Positions 14,301-27,172 of a stretch of DNA of 64,000 bases are shown here, piece after piece. A program made the translations under genes and the position numbers. The DNA lies in the NCBI RefSeq assembly GCF_044704955.1, contig NC_092006.1, forward strand, positions 5,146,001-5,210,000, read 5' to 3'. Positions within the stretch are counted from its first letter, which is position 1, and each line of letters begins with the position of its first letter. The notes below the pieces were generated by a model. The model was not told where the DNA came from. It ran no database searches and worked only from the letters and a program-made list of their open reading frames with translations. Source of the stretch: Pristiophorus japonicus. Taxonomy: Eukaryota.

Positions 14301-16308
14301 ACAAGTGAATCGCAGAAAGAGTGGCTTGACCCAGCAACATTTTCTAAGTGTCCTGTCTTTGCAGACTGGTGTACACCGATCCTTCCTGTTGCAATTGGTG
14401 TCTCGGCGATCTTGGTTCTAGTACTGATCCTTATTATTCTGTGTCATCATAACTGCGGCAGACGAGGTGAGGGTTTATATCCGTCAAAAATATCTTTTAT
14501 AAATGCTTGTTCAACGTGAGTCCCTTCTCGTATCTTTCGATACTAATTTACAGTGAACTGTTTCAGAAGGACGAGACAAGAGTCCCCGCCAGGAAAGGTG
14601 AGTAATTGAACTATTTACAAAGTTGATCAATGAGAGTCTCGCTGGGTTTAACACCGCGTCAGAACCAGTTTACCCCCAACTCTGATTCCAGTGCCAGATA
14701 TTATTTGTGTTTTCCACGTTCTTTTTGAGTATGGTTCCAAGACCATTCCACAACTCTGTTCTCGGTATTTACGGCACGTGGCCACGGATTCACAGGAGGT
14801 AGAAAAGTAAAATACTGCGGATGCGAGCAATGTGACAGATACAGTTACAGACACAGAGAGAGAGAGATACAGAGGCAGAGAGAGAGAGAGAGAGACAGCG
14901 ACACAGAGAGNNNNNNNNNNNNNNNNNNNNNNNNNNNNNNNNNNNNNNNNNNNNNNNNNNNNNNNNNNNNNNNNNNNNNNNNNNNNNNNNNNNNNNNNNN
15001 NNNNNNNNNNNNNNNNNNNNNNNNNNNNNNNNNNNNNNNNNNNNNNNNNNNNNNNNNNNNNNNNNNNNNNNNNNNNNNNNNNNNNNNNNNNNNNAGTTAG
15101 AGATGTAACCGGGTTTAAGCTCCACTTTCTCTGTACTTGCTGGAAACATTTTTCCTACATTAAAACAATGACTACACTTCAAAAAAGTATTCCATTGGCT
15201 GTAAAGTGCTTTGGGAGCCCAGTGGTCGCTACAGAAACGCCAGTCTGTCTTTGTTTCATTTATGTTTTATTTCTAACGTTCTCTCGAAGGGTAACAGACC
15301 TGAAAGGTTAACTCAGTTTCTCTCCACAAATGCTGCCTGACCCGCTGAGCATCACAAGAAGTAATGTTTGTCTCCTGTTTCTGTTCCCACACGGTTTCAG
15401 CTCCAGGGGGACAGTGAACAGAGCAGGAGGAGGTGAACCACACTTGGGTGAGTTGGATTGAAATGTTGGCGCAAATAGAACGTCAAATGCAGGATATTTC
15501 AAAATTCAATTGGGGCATTACCCGCCTTCAAAATATTCTCCTGTCTGCCGGACATCCAGAAAGGCTAATTACTGCTTAGTCATGCCAATTAATAATGTAT
15601 CAGATTGTTAAATGATGTATCGGGTGGACAGTATACGCCAGACACCGGGGGTAGATCGTCCGTGCCCATCCATTGGTGTATTGGACCATTGGTGTATTGG
15701 ACCATTGGTTTATTGGACCATTGGTGTATTGCACCATTGGTTTATTGGACCATTGGTGTATTGCACCATCAGTGTATTGGGGGAACATTGGTGTATTAAT
15801 GGACCATTGGTTTATTGGGGGTCATAGGCTTAATGATGGACTATTGGCGCTCAGTGCCTCTATAATTTATTATAAATGAGCCGGACTTGACAATAATTAA
15901 ATTCAAATTCTTAACTATTTATACACAGTTGACACCCATCAAATGGAGGAAAGGCAGACACATCAGGGTACAAGACATGTAAGTAAATTCATTGACCCTG
16001 TTGCAATAATATACAGGAACTTGCCGATTTTCTGGGTATCGCATGCAAATAATTGGCTTGTCTCTTTCAAAGAGCTGGCACGGGCACGATGGGCCGAATG
16101 GCCTATGCCTGTGCTGTATCGTGCTACGATTCCTTGAAACGCGATTGCGGGGCGGGATAGTTTGAGCTGCCTTTCGAATAACTTGGAACTTGTCGATATT
16201 TAACGTGTGTTACTGTCTCAGGGCACCCCGCAAGACCAGACTTTCTACGCCTCTCTGCAATTCGAAGCCATGGAAAAGTCATCAAGAAAGAAGGCGGGTC
16301 GCCGATGA
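5291..16308 (+). CDS. Gene A: non-rearranging VJ-C1 IgSF transmembrane receptor with ITIM/ITSM-like tail (8 exons, 336 aa)
   Basis: Exons 5291-5348 (leader MLLEAFPLILTLHHVCWNY), 7879-8193 (V-J), 8291-8611 (C1), 14365-14466 (TM), 14567-14597, 15401-15447, 15929-15978, 16222-16308 (GTPQDQTFYASLQF...*). All introns GT-AG; lengths sum to 1011 nt with no internal stop. AATAAA near 16844. The small cytoplasmic exons are less certain, and an N-gap at 14911-15094 could hide an exon. Confidence 0.82.
6425..7790 (-). mobile_element. L2-like LINE 3' region containing a 37-bp G-rich tandem array (~6700-7640)
   Basis: Unit GGAGGAGGTTACAGAGATAGGGAGGGGTGTAGGGGCT; same element at ~5450-6000(+), 58255-58450(-), 60040-60710(-). 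Confidence 0.65.
7879..8193 (+). CDS. Gene A V-type Ig domain exon with fused, degenerate J-like strand
   Basis: tgtccag acceptor (alternative AG at 7883-7884); GETVELEC...FWYKQFVGEAPKL...DAASYYCA...LRNGSLLLVG; G|gtaag donor. Confidence 0.9.
8291..8611 (+). CDS. Gene A C1-set Ig domain exon
   Basis: LVCLVTG...IYWNVSG...PNGTYSIRSHV...W...CTCIV; cccag acceptor, G|gtgagt donor; 97-bp V-C intron. Confidence 0.9.
8618..14170. mobile_element. Pile-up of CR1 3' fragments in the gene A C1-TM intron
   Basis: CR1 ORF2 pieces in both orientations, e.g. 8618-8922(-), 9960-11060(+), 12078-12372(+), 13180-13625(+), 13665-14170(+). Confidence 0.85.
14365..14466 (+). CDS. Gene A stalk/transmembrane exon
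   Basis: ttgcag|ac; DWCTPILPVAIGVSAILVLVLILIILCHHNCGRR; G|gtgag; phase 1 to 1. Confidence 0.85.
15670..15820. repeat. 16-bp tandem repeat (CCATTGGT(G/T)TATTG(G/C)A)n in gene A intron
   Basis: About 8 copies read directly. Confidence 0.85.
16222..16308 (+). CDS. Gene A terminal cytoplasmic exon with TFYASLQF motif
   Basis: tctcag|GGC ACC...TGA; phase 0, in frame with exon 15929-15978. Confidence 0.8.
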   Translation, partial: GTPQDQTFYASLQFEAMEKSSRKKAGRR

Positions 16309-16995
16309 GAACCCCGGAGGGGTTTCTAGCCGGTGGACGAGGGAGGAGACGGAACTCGCAAAGAAGAATGCCCAGCCCGGCGGAGATAAGACTGAAGCCA
16401 CAGAGACTCCAATCAAACATCCGGGGGCTGGGCTTTGCACTTCACATCGCTGGCCTAGTGCCCATATATCACCCAAAATGCCCTGCTATCGCCCATTTCA
16501 CTTCGCTGGCCAATCGGCGAGTGGAAAATCGCGATACAAAAAATGGGCGATGTTCCAGCGATCAGTAAGGCTGACACATCGACCATCGCTGGAACATCGT
16601 TCATTTTTTGGGCGATAGTCTAGCCTACCTCCCTGTGTTTGGAAGGGTTTGCAAACACTCTTTCTGTTGAATGTAAAAGACCCGTGCTTTGAGTATTGTA
16701 AAGATGTCCCACTGTATTAGTGAGACCACCATTTAGACCAGGGTCTTCTCAGTTTCCTGATTCTCTGAATCTTTTTCTGCTGACCCTGTAATTCCGGTCA
16801 GTAACAAGATTGGGGTTTTTTTTGTTGCAAATGCTTGAATATAAATAAAATAAATGATCCTTTGACTGTAATGACGCACAGGAGGTTCCTATTGTTTAAT
16901 GCTTCACTTACAATTAAATGTCATCTGGATAAAACTTCGCTGGCTCTGAGCTGCCAATATCAGTCCTGAATTGAAAGAGTGTTAGTGCCGATATT

Positions 16996-19900
16996 CATAG
17001 AAACATAGAAAATAGGTGCAGGAGTAGGCCTTGTAGCCTGCACCGCCATTCAATGAGTTCATGGCTGAACATGCAACTTCAGTACCCCATTCCTGCTTTC
17101 TCACCATACCCCTTGATCCCCCTAGTAGTAAGGACTACATCTAACTCCTTTTTGAATATATTTAGTGAATTGGCCTCAACAACTTTCTGTGGTAGAGAAT
17201 TCCAAAGGTTCACCACTCTCTGGGTGAAGAAGTTTCTCCTCATCTCGGTCCTAAATGGCTTACCCCTTATTCTTAGGCTGTGACCCCTGGTTCTGGACTT
17301 CCCCCAACATTGGGAACATTCTTCCTGCATCTAACCTGTCTGAACCCATCAGAATTTTAAATGTTTCTATGAGGTCCCCTCTCATTCGTCTGAACTCCAG
17401 TGAATACAAGCCCAGTTGATCCAGTCTTTCTTGATGGGTCAGTCCCGCCATCCCGGGAATCAGTCTGGTGAACCTTCGCTGCACTCCCTCAATAGCAAGA
17501 ATGTCCTTCCTCAAGTTAGGAGACCAAAACTGTACACAATATTCCAGGTGTGGCCTCACCAAGGCCCTGTACAAATGTAGCAACACCTCCCTGCCCCTGT
17601 ACTCAAATCCCCTCGCTATTCACTGTCTGAGGCCGCGATAGGCTTAATCGCTTACAGACTAACAACAGGAGAGAAACGAGGGCAGAGATGCAAGGAATTT
17701 ATCCATTTTACCTTTGCCTAGTGTGTTTTGGTATGTGTAGTAATTATAGAATGGTTACAGCACAGAGGAAGGCCATTTGGTCCATCGAGTCCGTGCCGAC
17801 TCTGAACAAGTCCAACTCACCCCCCGTCCTTTCCCCGTAGCCCTGCAAAATTCTTTCCTTCAGATACTTACCCAACTCCCTTTTGAAAGCCCCGATTGAG
17901 TCTGCCTCCACCACCCTCTCAGGCAGCGCGTTCCAGATCCCAACCACTCGCTGCGTAAAAACGTTTTTACTCACGTCGCCTTTGGTTCGTCTACCAATCG
18001 CCTTCAATCTGTGTCCTCTGGTTCTCCACCCTTCCACCAATGGGAACAGTTTCTCTCGATCTACTCGGTCCAGACCATCCATGATTTTGAACATCTCGAT
18101 CAAATCTCCTCTCAATCGTTTCTGCCCCACGGACAGCAACCCCGGTTTCTCCAGTCTCGCCCCGTCACTGAAGTCCCTCATTTCTGGAAGCATTCTCGTA
18201 AATCCTTCCTGCACCCTCTCCAAGGCCTTCACATCCTTCCCACAGTGCGGTGCCCAGAATTGGACACAATGCTCCAGTTGGGGGACAAACAGATAACTTC
18301 CACACTTTTCCACTCTACACCTCAACTTATGGACCCAGATACCCGTCAGCCTTTGTAACTGCTTTCTCAACCTTGCTAGAACGACTGTCCGAGACAGATG
18401 AGTGAGTGTAGCATGGCTTGGGAGGACTGGATGACTTTGGACCTGTGGTCCCCAAAGCTCTCCATAACTGGGGGCTTTGCTCAAGTCAGGTCTGGGTCTG
18501 TTGTAGACTAATGGGTTGCGATGGTTTACCATTATCATTGGATCTCGCGACCACCAGGATGGTAGAAGGCGAGCAAGATAATATTTATCTTTCTCTTTCC
18601 CTTGGCAACTAGTGATGATTCCAACATTCACACCCCATCTAGACTCAGCTTTACTTTCCTATCTTATACCATTACCATCTCAATTCGGCCCATTGTCCCC
18701 TTTTGCCTCTCTAATCTCTCTAGCCTTCCTCCCGGTCACAGACCTTCCCGTTTGTTCTTTCATAAGAACATAAGAACATAACATAAGAACATAAGAATTA
18801 GGAAAAGGAGTAGGCCATCTAGCCCCTCGAGCTTGCTCCGCCATTCAACAAGATCATGGCTGATCTGGCCATGGACTCAGCTCCACTTACCTGCCCGCTC
18901 CCCGTAACCCTTAATTCCCTTATTGGTTAAAAATCTATCTATCTGTGACTTGAATACATTCAATGAGCTAGCCTCAACTGCTTCCTTGGGCAGAGAATTC
19001 CACAGATTCACAACCCTCTGGGAGAAGAAATTCCTTCTCAACTCGGTTTTAAATTGGCTCCCCCGTATTTTGAGGCTGTGCCCCCTAGTTCTAGTCTCCC
19101 CGACCAGTGGAAACAACCTCTCTGCCTCTATCTTGTCTATCCCTTTCATTATTTTAAATGTTTCTATAAGATCACCCCTCATCCTTCTGAACTCCAACGA
19201 GTAAAGACCCAGTCTACTCAATCTATCACATTAAGGTAACCCCCTCATCTCCGCCCCTGCCTCTTTCCTCCCCTCCCCCTTTCACTATTCCCTTTGCACT
19301 TCCTTAAAAAGAAAGACTTGCATTTATATAGCGCCTTTCACGACCACCGGGCGTCTCAAAGCGCTTTACAGCCAATGGAGAGTACCTTTGGAGTGTAGTC
19401 ACTGTTGTATTGTGGGAAACGCGGCAGCCGATTTGCGCACAGCAAGCTCCCACAAACAGCCATGTGATAATGACCCAGATCATCTGTTTGTTATGTTGGT
19501 TGAGGGATAAATATTGGCCCCAGGACACCGGGGAGAACTCGAAATAATGCCTTGGGATCGTTTATGTCCACTTGAGAGAGTAGATGGAGCCTCCACCAAA
19601 CAAAATCGTTTCTCTCTATCTAGTCTATGAAATAGTTAAATCGTCTTAATCACCTCAATTAGATAACCCCCCTAATCTTTTATACGCAAGGGGGGGGGTG
19701 GTCTGTGCACGCTGTCCTTATAAGTTAACCCTTTTTGCCCAACATGGTCCTGGTGAACTTAAAGGCTCTTTATAAAAACCTACAATATAAATTAACATTA
19801 ACAAGAACACTGGGTCGCTGGGAATTTATTCAAACTCTCATAAGATGTTTTGGGAAGTTTCTGGGCGATGGATTTGAACGGGTCTTTGCCAGGATTGTTG

Positions 19901-20520
19901 CTGTTCCCAAATCTCATCCGGTTGTACCTGCTGATTCCAAAGTGATCGGAAGGGGAGTGATTAAACTGACTCTGGTGGATAACGCAATGTAACTACCTGT
20001 GGTACAGCCCTGTTTCTGGCTCAATATCTCCTCTGGGTAAAGAAGTTTCTCCTGAATTCCCCATTGGATTTATTAGTGACTGTCTTATATTGATGGCCCC
20101 TGGTTCTGGTCTCTCCCACAAGTGGAAACACTCCACGTCTACCCTATCGAACCCTTTCAGAAGCTTAAAGACCTGTATCTTGTTGACCCTCCGTCTCTTT
20201 TCGAGGGCCCCAGCAGGTTCAGCCTTTCCTGATGGCAAAACCTCTTTGTTCTGGTATCGTTTTAGTCAATCTTTTTTGCACCTTATCCAGTGCCTCTATA
20301 TTGTTTTTATGAGACGGAGAGCAGAACTGTGCACAGTGCCCCAAGTGTGGTCTAACCAAGGTCCGATACAAGTTTAACATAACTTCCCAACTTTTCAATT
20401 CTATCCCTCTACAAATGAACCCTGGTTCTTTGCTTGTTTTAATGAGCTTGTTAAGCTATGTCGCTACATTTAGTGATTAGTGTATCTGTACCCCAGATCC
20501 CTCTATTCCTCTACCCCATT
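16996..20520 (-). mobile_element. Several CR1 3' fragments between genes A and B
   Basis: ~16996-17620, 17745-18290, 18760-19250, 20030-20520 with standard CR1 ORF2 motifs. Confidence 0.85.
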
Positions 20521-20619
20521 ATGGAAACTTATTTTCTAAGAAGGAACAGATATTTATAATAGATAACGAATTGCTGACAAAATCACTTCACTGCATTATT
20601 ATGAACATACAGAACATAC

Positions 20620-21275
20620 ATTTATAAAGTGCTTTTCACGACCACCGGACATCTCAAAGTGCTTTAAAGCCAATGAAGAACTTTTGGAGTGTACTGTTCT
20701 AATGTGAGAAACGCAGTAGCCAATTTGTGCACAGCAAGCTTCCACAAACAGCAATATGAAAATGACCCAGATATTCTGTTTTAGTTTGTTAATTGAGCGA
20801 TAAATATTGGCCAGGCTACCGGGGATAATTCCCCTGCTCTTCTTCGAAACAGTGCGATATTTTATATCCAGCTGAGAAAGCAGCTTGGTTTGATGTCTCA
20901 TCCAAATCACGGCACCTCCAACAGTACAGCGCTCCCTCAGTACTGCCCCTCCCACAGTGCAGTGCTCCCTCAGTACTGCCCCTCCAACACTTCCTCAATA
21001 CTGCCCCTCCGACAGTGCGGCGCTCCCTCAGTACTGCCCCTCCCACAGTGCGGTGCTCCCTCAGCACTGCCCCTCCCACAGTGCGGCACTCCCTCAGTAC
21101 TGCCCCTCCCACAGTGCGGCGCTCCCTCAGTACTGCCTCTCCGACAGTGCGGTGCTCCCTCAGCACTGCATTGCAGTGTCAGTCTAGATTTTTGTGCTCA
21201 AGTCTCTGGAGTGGGACTTGAACCCACAACCTCTTGTCTCAAAGGCAAGTGTACTGCCCACTGAGCCACAGCTGA
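20620..21275 (-). mobile_element. Deu-domain SINE, same family
   Basis: Same head, 33-bp array and core as 490-1362. Confidence 0.8.
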
Positions 21276-23796
21276 CACTTAAAAGGAGCTGCTGGGTTTA
21301 AAATAATCCAGTTTCAATCGTAAATGTGACAAGGTTCACCTCCAGGACACAGCCAGAGAATGTTTGGGATCCATGTAAACGCCAGCTTTAATATCAATGC
21401 AGCTTAAACCTGGAATCAGTGTCTGAGTTGCCCCAGAGGTCCTTAGCCCCACATAAATCACATTTGCTCTATAAATGTGCGCTGTAAATCAGCATTAGAG
21501 ATACACTGAGCGCATCTGGGCTTGAACGTTCAAAGAGCAGGAATCGCAAGCGCAATGCTGGGGTTTGACAACCTGTTTATTTGTATTTGTAACATCGGAC
21601 AGTGAGCCGTGTTAACTACGACTTGAATAATATCGTGCTCACAGACAGCACAATGCATTTAAGAACAATACAAGCGAGGAGAGACAAGCCGGGACTGAAC
21701 GGAAATGGCAGGCGACGTGTCGTCTTCGGAGTAGCGGATGATGGGTCAAGAGAGGATTTCGACATGTTTCGAAGCTCCCGCAGAATTCCCCGTTTGCAAA
21801 GCGGCTTGAAATTGCACCGGTGGTGTTTCGGCGTTAAGGTTCTCAAATCGGCGTTACAATGGTTCTGCGTTGGTCAGTTTCCTCTTGCGATTAATTATTG
21901 ATCAATGTGCATCAGATCGACAGAGTGAAACGTCAACAAGGACAGCAATTTGAACCCTTTAGCTGCACACCACTGCTTTCAATAGTCGGATTGATGCTGT
22001 GCCTTGGGACTGGAACCCGGCGTCTCTTGGAAGGGTTGACACCCCAAGGCGCGCTGGTCAGTCTTCTGAAGGAGATGGCCAATTAACTCCCTGTCCAGGG
22101 GTCCCAGAAGCACACAGAGGCGACGCGGAATTGAGGTACAAGGGATTGTTACTGAGCAAGGTGTCCTCGCTGGTCTCCCACACTCGGAGGGTGGTGAATC
22201 TTTGGAATTCTCTGCCCCAGAGGGCTGTGGAGGCTCAGTCGTTGAGGATATTCAAGGCTGGGATCAATGGACTGGGAATCTAGGGGATTCACGGGATATG
22301 GAGATCGGGCGCGAAAGTGGAGTTGAGGTCAATGATCGGTCATGATCTGCTCGGGGCGCCAAATGACCGACTCCTGCACCTATTTCTTATGTTCGTATAT
22401 TCAGAGGATAGGTTGGATAGGCTGGCGTTGTTGTCTTTGGAACAGAGGAGGCTGAGGGGAGAGCTAATTGAGGTGTGTAAAATGCTGAGGGGCCAGGATA
22501 GAGTGGATAGGACGGACCTGTTTCCCTTGGCAGAGGGGTCAACAACCAGGGTGCATAGACTGAACGTAATTGGGGGGAGGTTTAGAGGGGAGTTCAGGAG
22601 AACTTTGTTCACCCAGAGGGTGGTGGGGGTCTGGGGCGGAGCTCGCTTCCTGAAAGGGCGGTAGAGGCAGAAACCCTCACCACATTTGGATGTGCACCTG
22701 AAGTGCCGTAACCTACAGGGCTACGGACCAAGAGCGGGAAAGTGGGATTAGGCTGGGTGGCTCTTGGTCGGCCGGCCCGGACACGATGGGCCGTAATGGC
22801 CTCCTTCCGGGCTGTAAGTTTCTAGCGTTTCTATAGTTTCAGAGGAAACTTTCCACCATGCTTCATATCCATGAGCTGTTCACTTTCCTTTCCCGTCGGA
22901 CTGTTGGATCCGCCTTAAATGCCAGTTGGGCGTAAAGAGTCTATGAGAGAAAACAGAAACCATTATCGCGGCTCACATCATCACCATCGGAACGGAGTGA
23001 CAGGAGGAGGCCATTCAGCCCCTCGAGCATGTTCCCCCACTCAATAAGATAAGAACATAAGAAATAGGAGCAGGAGTCGGCCATTCGGCCCCTCGAGCCT
23101 GCTCCGCCACTTAATGAGATCATGGCCGATCTGATCATGGACTCAGCTCCACTCCCCTGCCTGCTCCCCATAACCTCTTATCGCCATCGTTCAAGAAACT
23201 GTCTATCTCTGTCTTAAATTTATTCAATGTCCCGGCTTCCACAGCTCTCTGAGGCAGCGAATTCCACAGATTCACAACCCTGAGAAGAAATTTCTCCTCA
23301 TCTCAGTTTTAAATGGGCGGCCCCTTATTCTAAGATCGTGCCCCCTAGTTCTAGTCTCCCCCATCAGTGGAAACATCCTCTCTGCATCCACAGCTGATCC
23401 TGTATCTTAACTCACTCTACCCACCTTGGTTCCCTAACCCTTAATCCCCTTACCCAACAAGAGTCGATCCACCTCTGTCTTGACATTTCCAACTGACCCC
23501 TGACCTCGACAGCTTTTTGGGGGAGAGAGTTCCAGATTCCCGCTCCCCTTTGTGTGAAGAAGTGTTTCCTGTCATCACCCCTGAATGGTCTGGCTCGAAA
23601 TTTAAGGTGACGTCCCCTTGGTCTGGACTCCCCCCGCCAAAGGAACTCATTTCTCTCTCTATCCACCTATCGAACACTTTAATCATCATAAACAACTCGA
23701 TTAGATCGCCCTTTAATCTTCTATACTCCAGGGAATAAAAGCTTAGTCTGTGCGACCTGTCTTAATAATTTAACGCTTTTAGCCCCTGTATTATTA

Positions 23797-25240
23797 GTTA
23801 GGCCACAGCTGGAGTACTGCGTGCAGCTCTGGTCACCACATTACAGGAAAGATGTGATTGCACTGGAGAGGGTGCAGAGGAGATTTACCAGGATGTTGCA
23901 CTGGAGAGGGTGCAGAGGAGATTTACCAGGATGTTGCACTAGAGAGGGTGCACAGGAGATTTACCAGGATGTTGCACTAGAGAGGGTACAGAGGAGATTT
24001 ACCAGGGTGTTGCACTGGAGAGGGTGCAGAGGAGATTTACCAGGATGTTGCACTGGAGAGGGTGCAGAGGAGATTTACCTGGATGTTGCACTGGAGAGGG
24101 TACAGAGGAGATTTACTAGGATGTTGCACTGGAGAAGGTGCAGAGGAGATTTACCAGGATGTTGCACTGGAGAGGGTGCAGAGGAGATTTACCAGGATGT
24201 TGCACTGGAGAGGGTGCAGAGGAGATTTACCAGGATGTTGCACTAGAGAGGGTGCAGAGGAGATTTACCAGGATGTTGCACTGGAGAGGGTACAGAGGAG
24301 ATTTACCAGGATGTTGCACTAGAGAGAGTACAGAGGAGATTTACCTGGATGTTGCACTGGAGAGGGTACAGAGGAGATTTACTAGGATGTTGCACTGGAG
24401 AGGGTGCAGAGGAGATTTACCAGGATGTTGCACTAGAGAGGGTGCAGAGGAGATTTACCAGGATGTTGCACTGGAGAGGGTGCAGAGGAGATTTACCAGG
24501 ATGTTGCACTAGAGAGGGTGCAGAGGAGATTTACCAGGATGTTGCACTAGAGAGGGTGCAGAGGAGATTTACCAGGATGTTGCACTAGAGAGAGTACCGA
24601 GGAGATTTACCAGGATGTTGCACTGGAGAGGGTACAGAGGAGATTTACTAGGATGTTACACTAGAGAGGGTGCAGAGGAGATTTACCAGGACATTGCACT
24701 AGAGAGGGTACAGAGGAGATTTACCAGAATGTTGCACTAGAGAGGGTACAGAGGAGATTTACCAGGATGTTGCATGGACTGGAGAATTTTAGCGACGAGG
24801 AAAGATTGGATAGGCTGGGGGTTGTTTTCTCTGCAACAGAGGAGGCTGAGGGGAGACCTGATTGAGGTGTATAAAATGATGAGGAGCCTGGATAGAGTGG
24901 ATAGGAAGGACCTGTTTCCCTTGGCAGAGGGGGTCAACAACCAGTGGGCATAGATTGAAAGTAATTGGGCGGAGGTTTAGAGGGGATTTGAGGGGAAATG
25001 TCTTCACCCAGAGGGTGGTGGGGGTCTGGGGCGGAACTCACTGCCTGAAAGGGAGGTAGAGGCAGAAACCCTCACCACATTTAAAAAGTACCTGGATGTA
25101 CACTTGAAGTGCCGTAACCTGCAGGGCTACGGATTGAGAGCGGGAAAGTGGGATTAGGCCGGGTGGCTCTCGGTCGGCCGGCGCGGGACACGATGGGCCG
25201 AATGGCCTCCTCCCGCGCAGTAAACTTCTGTGATTCTATG
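23797..25240 (+). mobile_element. CR1 fragment with internal 38-bp tandem expansion (~23860-24775)
   Basis: Unit GCACTGGAGAGGGTGCAGAGGAGATTTACCAGGATGTT ([13 protein letters not shown]) flanked by normal CR1 sequence. Confidence 0.88.
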
Positions 25241-25896
25241 ATTATTCTGTCAACTTGTAATTATATATAATCGCCAACTTAAAATATAGACCGATATTTT
25301 GTAATCTGTTTTTGCAGTTCTATCAAAATAAACTGCTTTCCTGCAGAGTTCATTGTGCAAAGTTTTATAGAATCGTTAACTATGAATCTTAACCGTTGGA
25401 TTAAGGATGAGTGCAGGTAACTGCAAGGTGTCAAGCAAAGACAATTATTTTCACTCTCACCTCCTTATCTCTTGCACCTGGTCTGGAATCCGTGAATTTC
25501 TCATCGCTGGCCGTGTTACCTGAAATAAAGGGAATGCAATCTAAGTCTAAATGCACACACATTTCACGCTGACATGCACCGAGCCAAACGTTGTTTCCTT
25601 CAGGTAATTATCCAACTCCCTTTTGAAAGCCACGTTTGAGTCTGCCTCTACCACCCTCTCAGGCAGTATGTTCCAGACCCTAACCACTCGCTGCTTAAAA
25701 ATAGTTTTTCCTCATTTCGCCTTTGCTTCTTCTGCCTTAAATCTGTGTCCTCTGCTTCTCCACCCTTCTCCCAATGGGAACAGTTCCTCTCTGTCTGGAC
25801 CCCTCACGATTTGGCCATCCTGACTTGGGCATAGGTCATTGGGTCACAATCCCGGCACTCCATCCCTAACAGCACTGTTAGGAGCACCTTCACCAC

Positions 25897-26847
25897 AGCG
25901 GACTGTCGAACTCGTTTGGCAGAACGTCTCATCGCAAGAGCTTTCACACAAGCACCAACATGTAGCTTGGTTGGCGATGAGGAGGGCCTTACCCGTCAGA
26001 GCCTTCATGCACAGCCGGCGTCTCAGCAGCACGGCACGGTGCCCCCGAGTCGGCTGCAGGGCGGACAAGACTGTCACCCATCTCCTTCAGGATTGCCCCT
26101 TCGCGAGGCAGGTTTGGAAAGAGATGCAGTGGTTGCTGTCGAGGTTCATCCCGAGCAGCTCCGTAACACAGGACCCTGTGCTCTACGGGCTGTTCCCAGG
26201 GACACACACCCAGACTGACATCACCTGCTGCTGGAGGGCCATCAACTCGGTCAAAGACGCTCTTCGGTCTTGCCGAGACTTGCTGGTCTTCCAGAGCAAG
26301 GAGATGTCCACGTCTGCGTGTTGCAGACTGGCGCAATCCACGATCCAGGATTACGTGCTGAGGGACGCACTTAAAATTGGTGCAGTCGCCACAAAGGCAC
26401 GGTGGGGAAGGGCCACAGTTTAAAGCCCTTCTGTCACAGTAAACCCAGGGGCAGGAATCAGTACAAATCTCCCCTCGGGCCGTACTTGTAACTTATTTTT
26501 TGTGTACATGGAGCACCATGATCTGTAAACACCTATGTAGTGTCATGTACAATGTAATGTCTGTTTCGTAATGCACGTTGAAAAGAAAAATGTAAATGTA
26601 CCGTCACCCATTCCGTGTAATGTATAGTGACACATGTAATGTAATTTGTCGAATGTACTACAAGGTATCCCGTATTGTACCGAATTGTACTTGAACTGAA
26701 AAGCAAAGAAATGTATCGAACGGAACTGCCGTCAGCACCCAAATGTAGTGTATGGGATTGCTGACCGCAGCTAAATGTACTGAACTGCTTTTGAATGTAC
26801 TGTACAAATTTTTATACGAATAAAGTATATTTTGAAATTAAAAAAAT
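25897..26847 (+). mobile_element. Tx1/L1-clade LINE 3' end in gene B intron
   Basis: ORF 25839..26423 (CPRVGC...THLLQDC), 3' UTR, AATAAA and A tail. Confidence 0.75.
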
Positions 26848-27172
26848 AACACAGTAACTGGATAGATTGGCCGCGCCTCCCGACCGCCGCTACCTGACTG
26901 CCGGGTCCTGCAGCTCCAGCTCGCCGTCACCGTCACCATCAGGAGGAGGAGAAGCGCCACCTAGCAAGTCACCAAAACCCATAAACTACAGTCGCTGTGC
27001 AGCGGGAGCCCTGTACACAAGGGGGAAAAACAGCCTCTTAGTTAAAAGAAAATCCCGTAACCCAAGCCCTCTGCTTCTCGCAGGAGGTTCAGGGAGACCC
27101 AATACCATCTTCCAGGGTCCACGAGGGTTAGATACTCAATACCAAGTCTTCCCAACATCAATAGATAGAGAT

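Noticed and set aside
15285-15355. Penelope-type terminal sequence that often carries a hammerhead ribozyme
   Set aside because: GAAA half is present but the CTGANGA core is missing; at most a decayed remnant
17744-18631. 295-aa ORF as a host gene
   Set aside because: C-terminal two-thirds is CR1 ORF2; the N-terminal part has no recognisable features and looks like chance read-through
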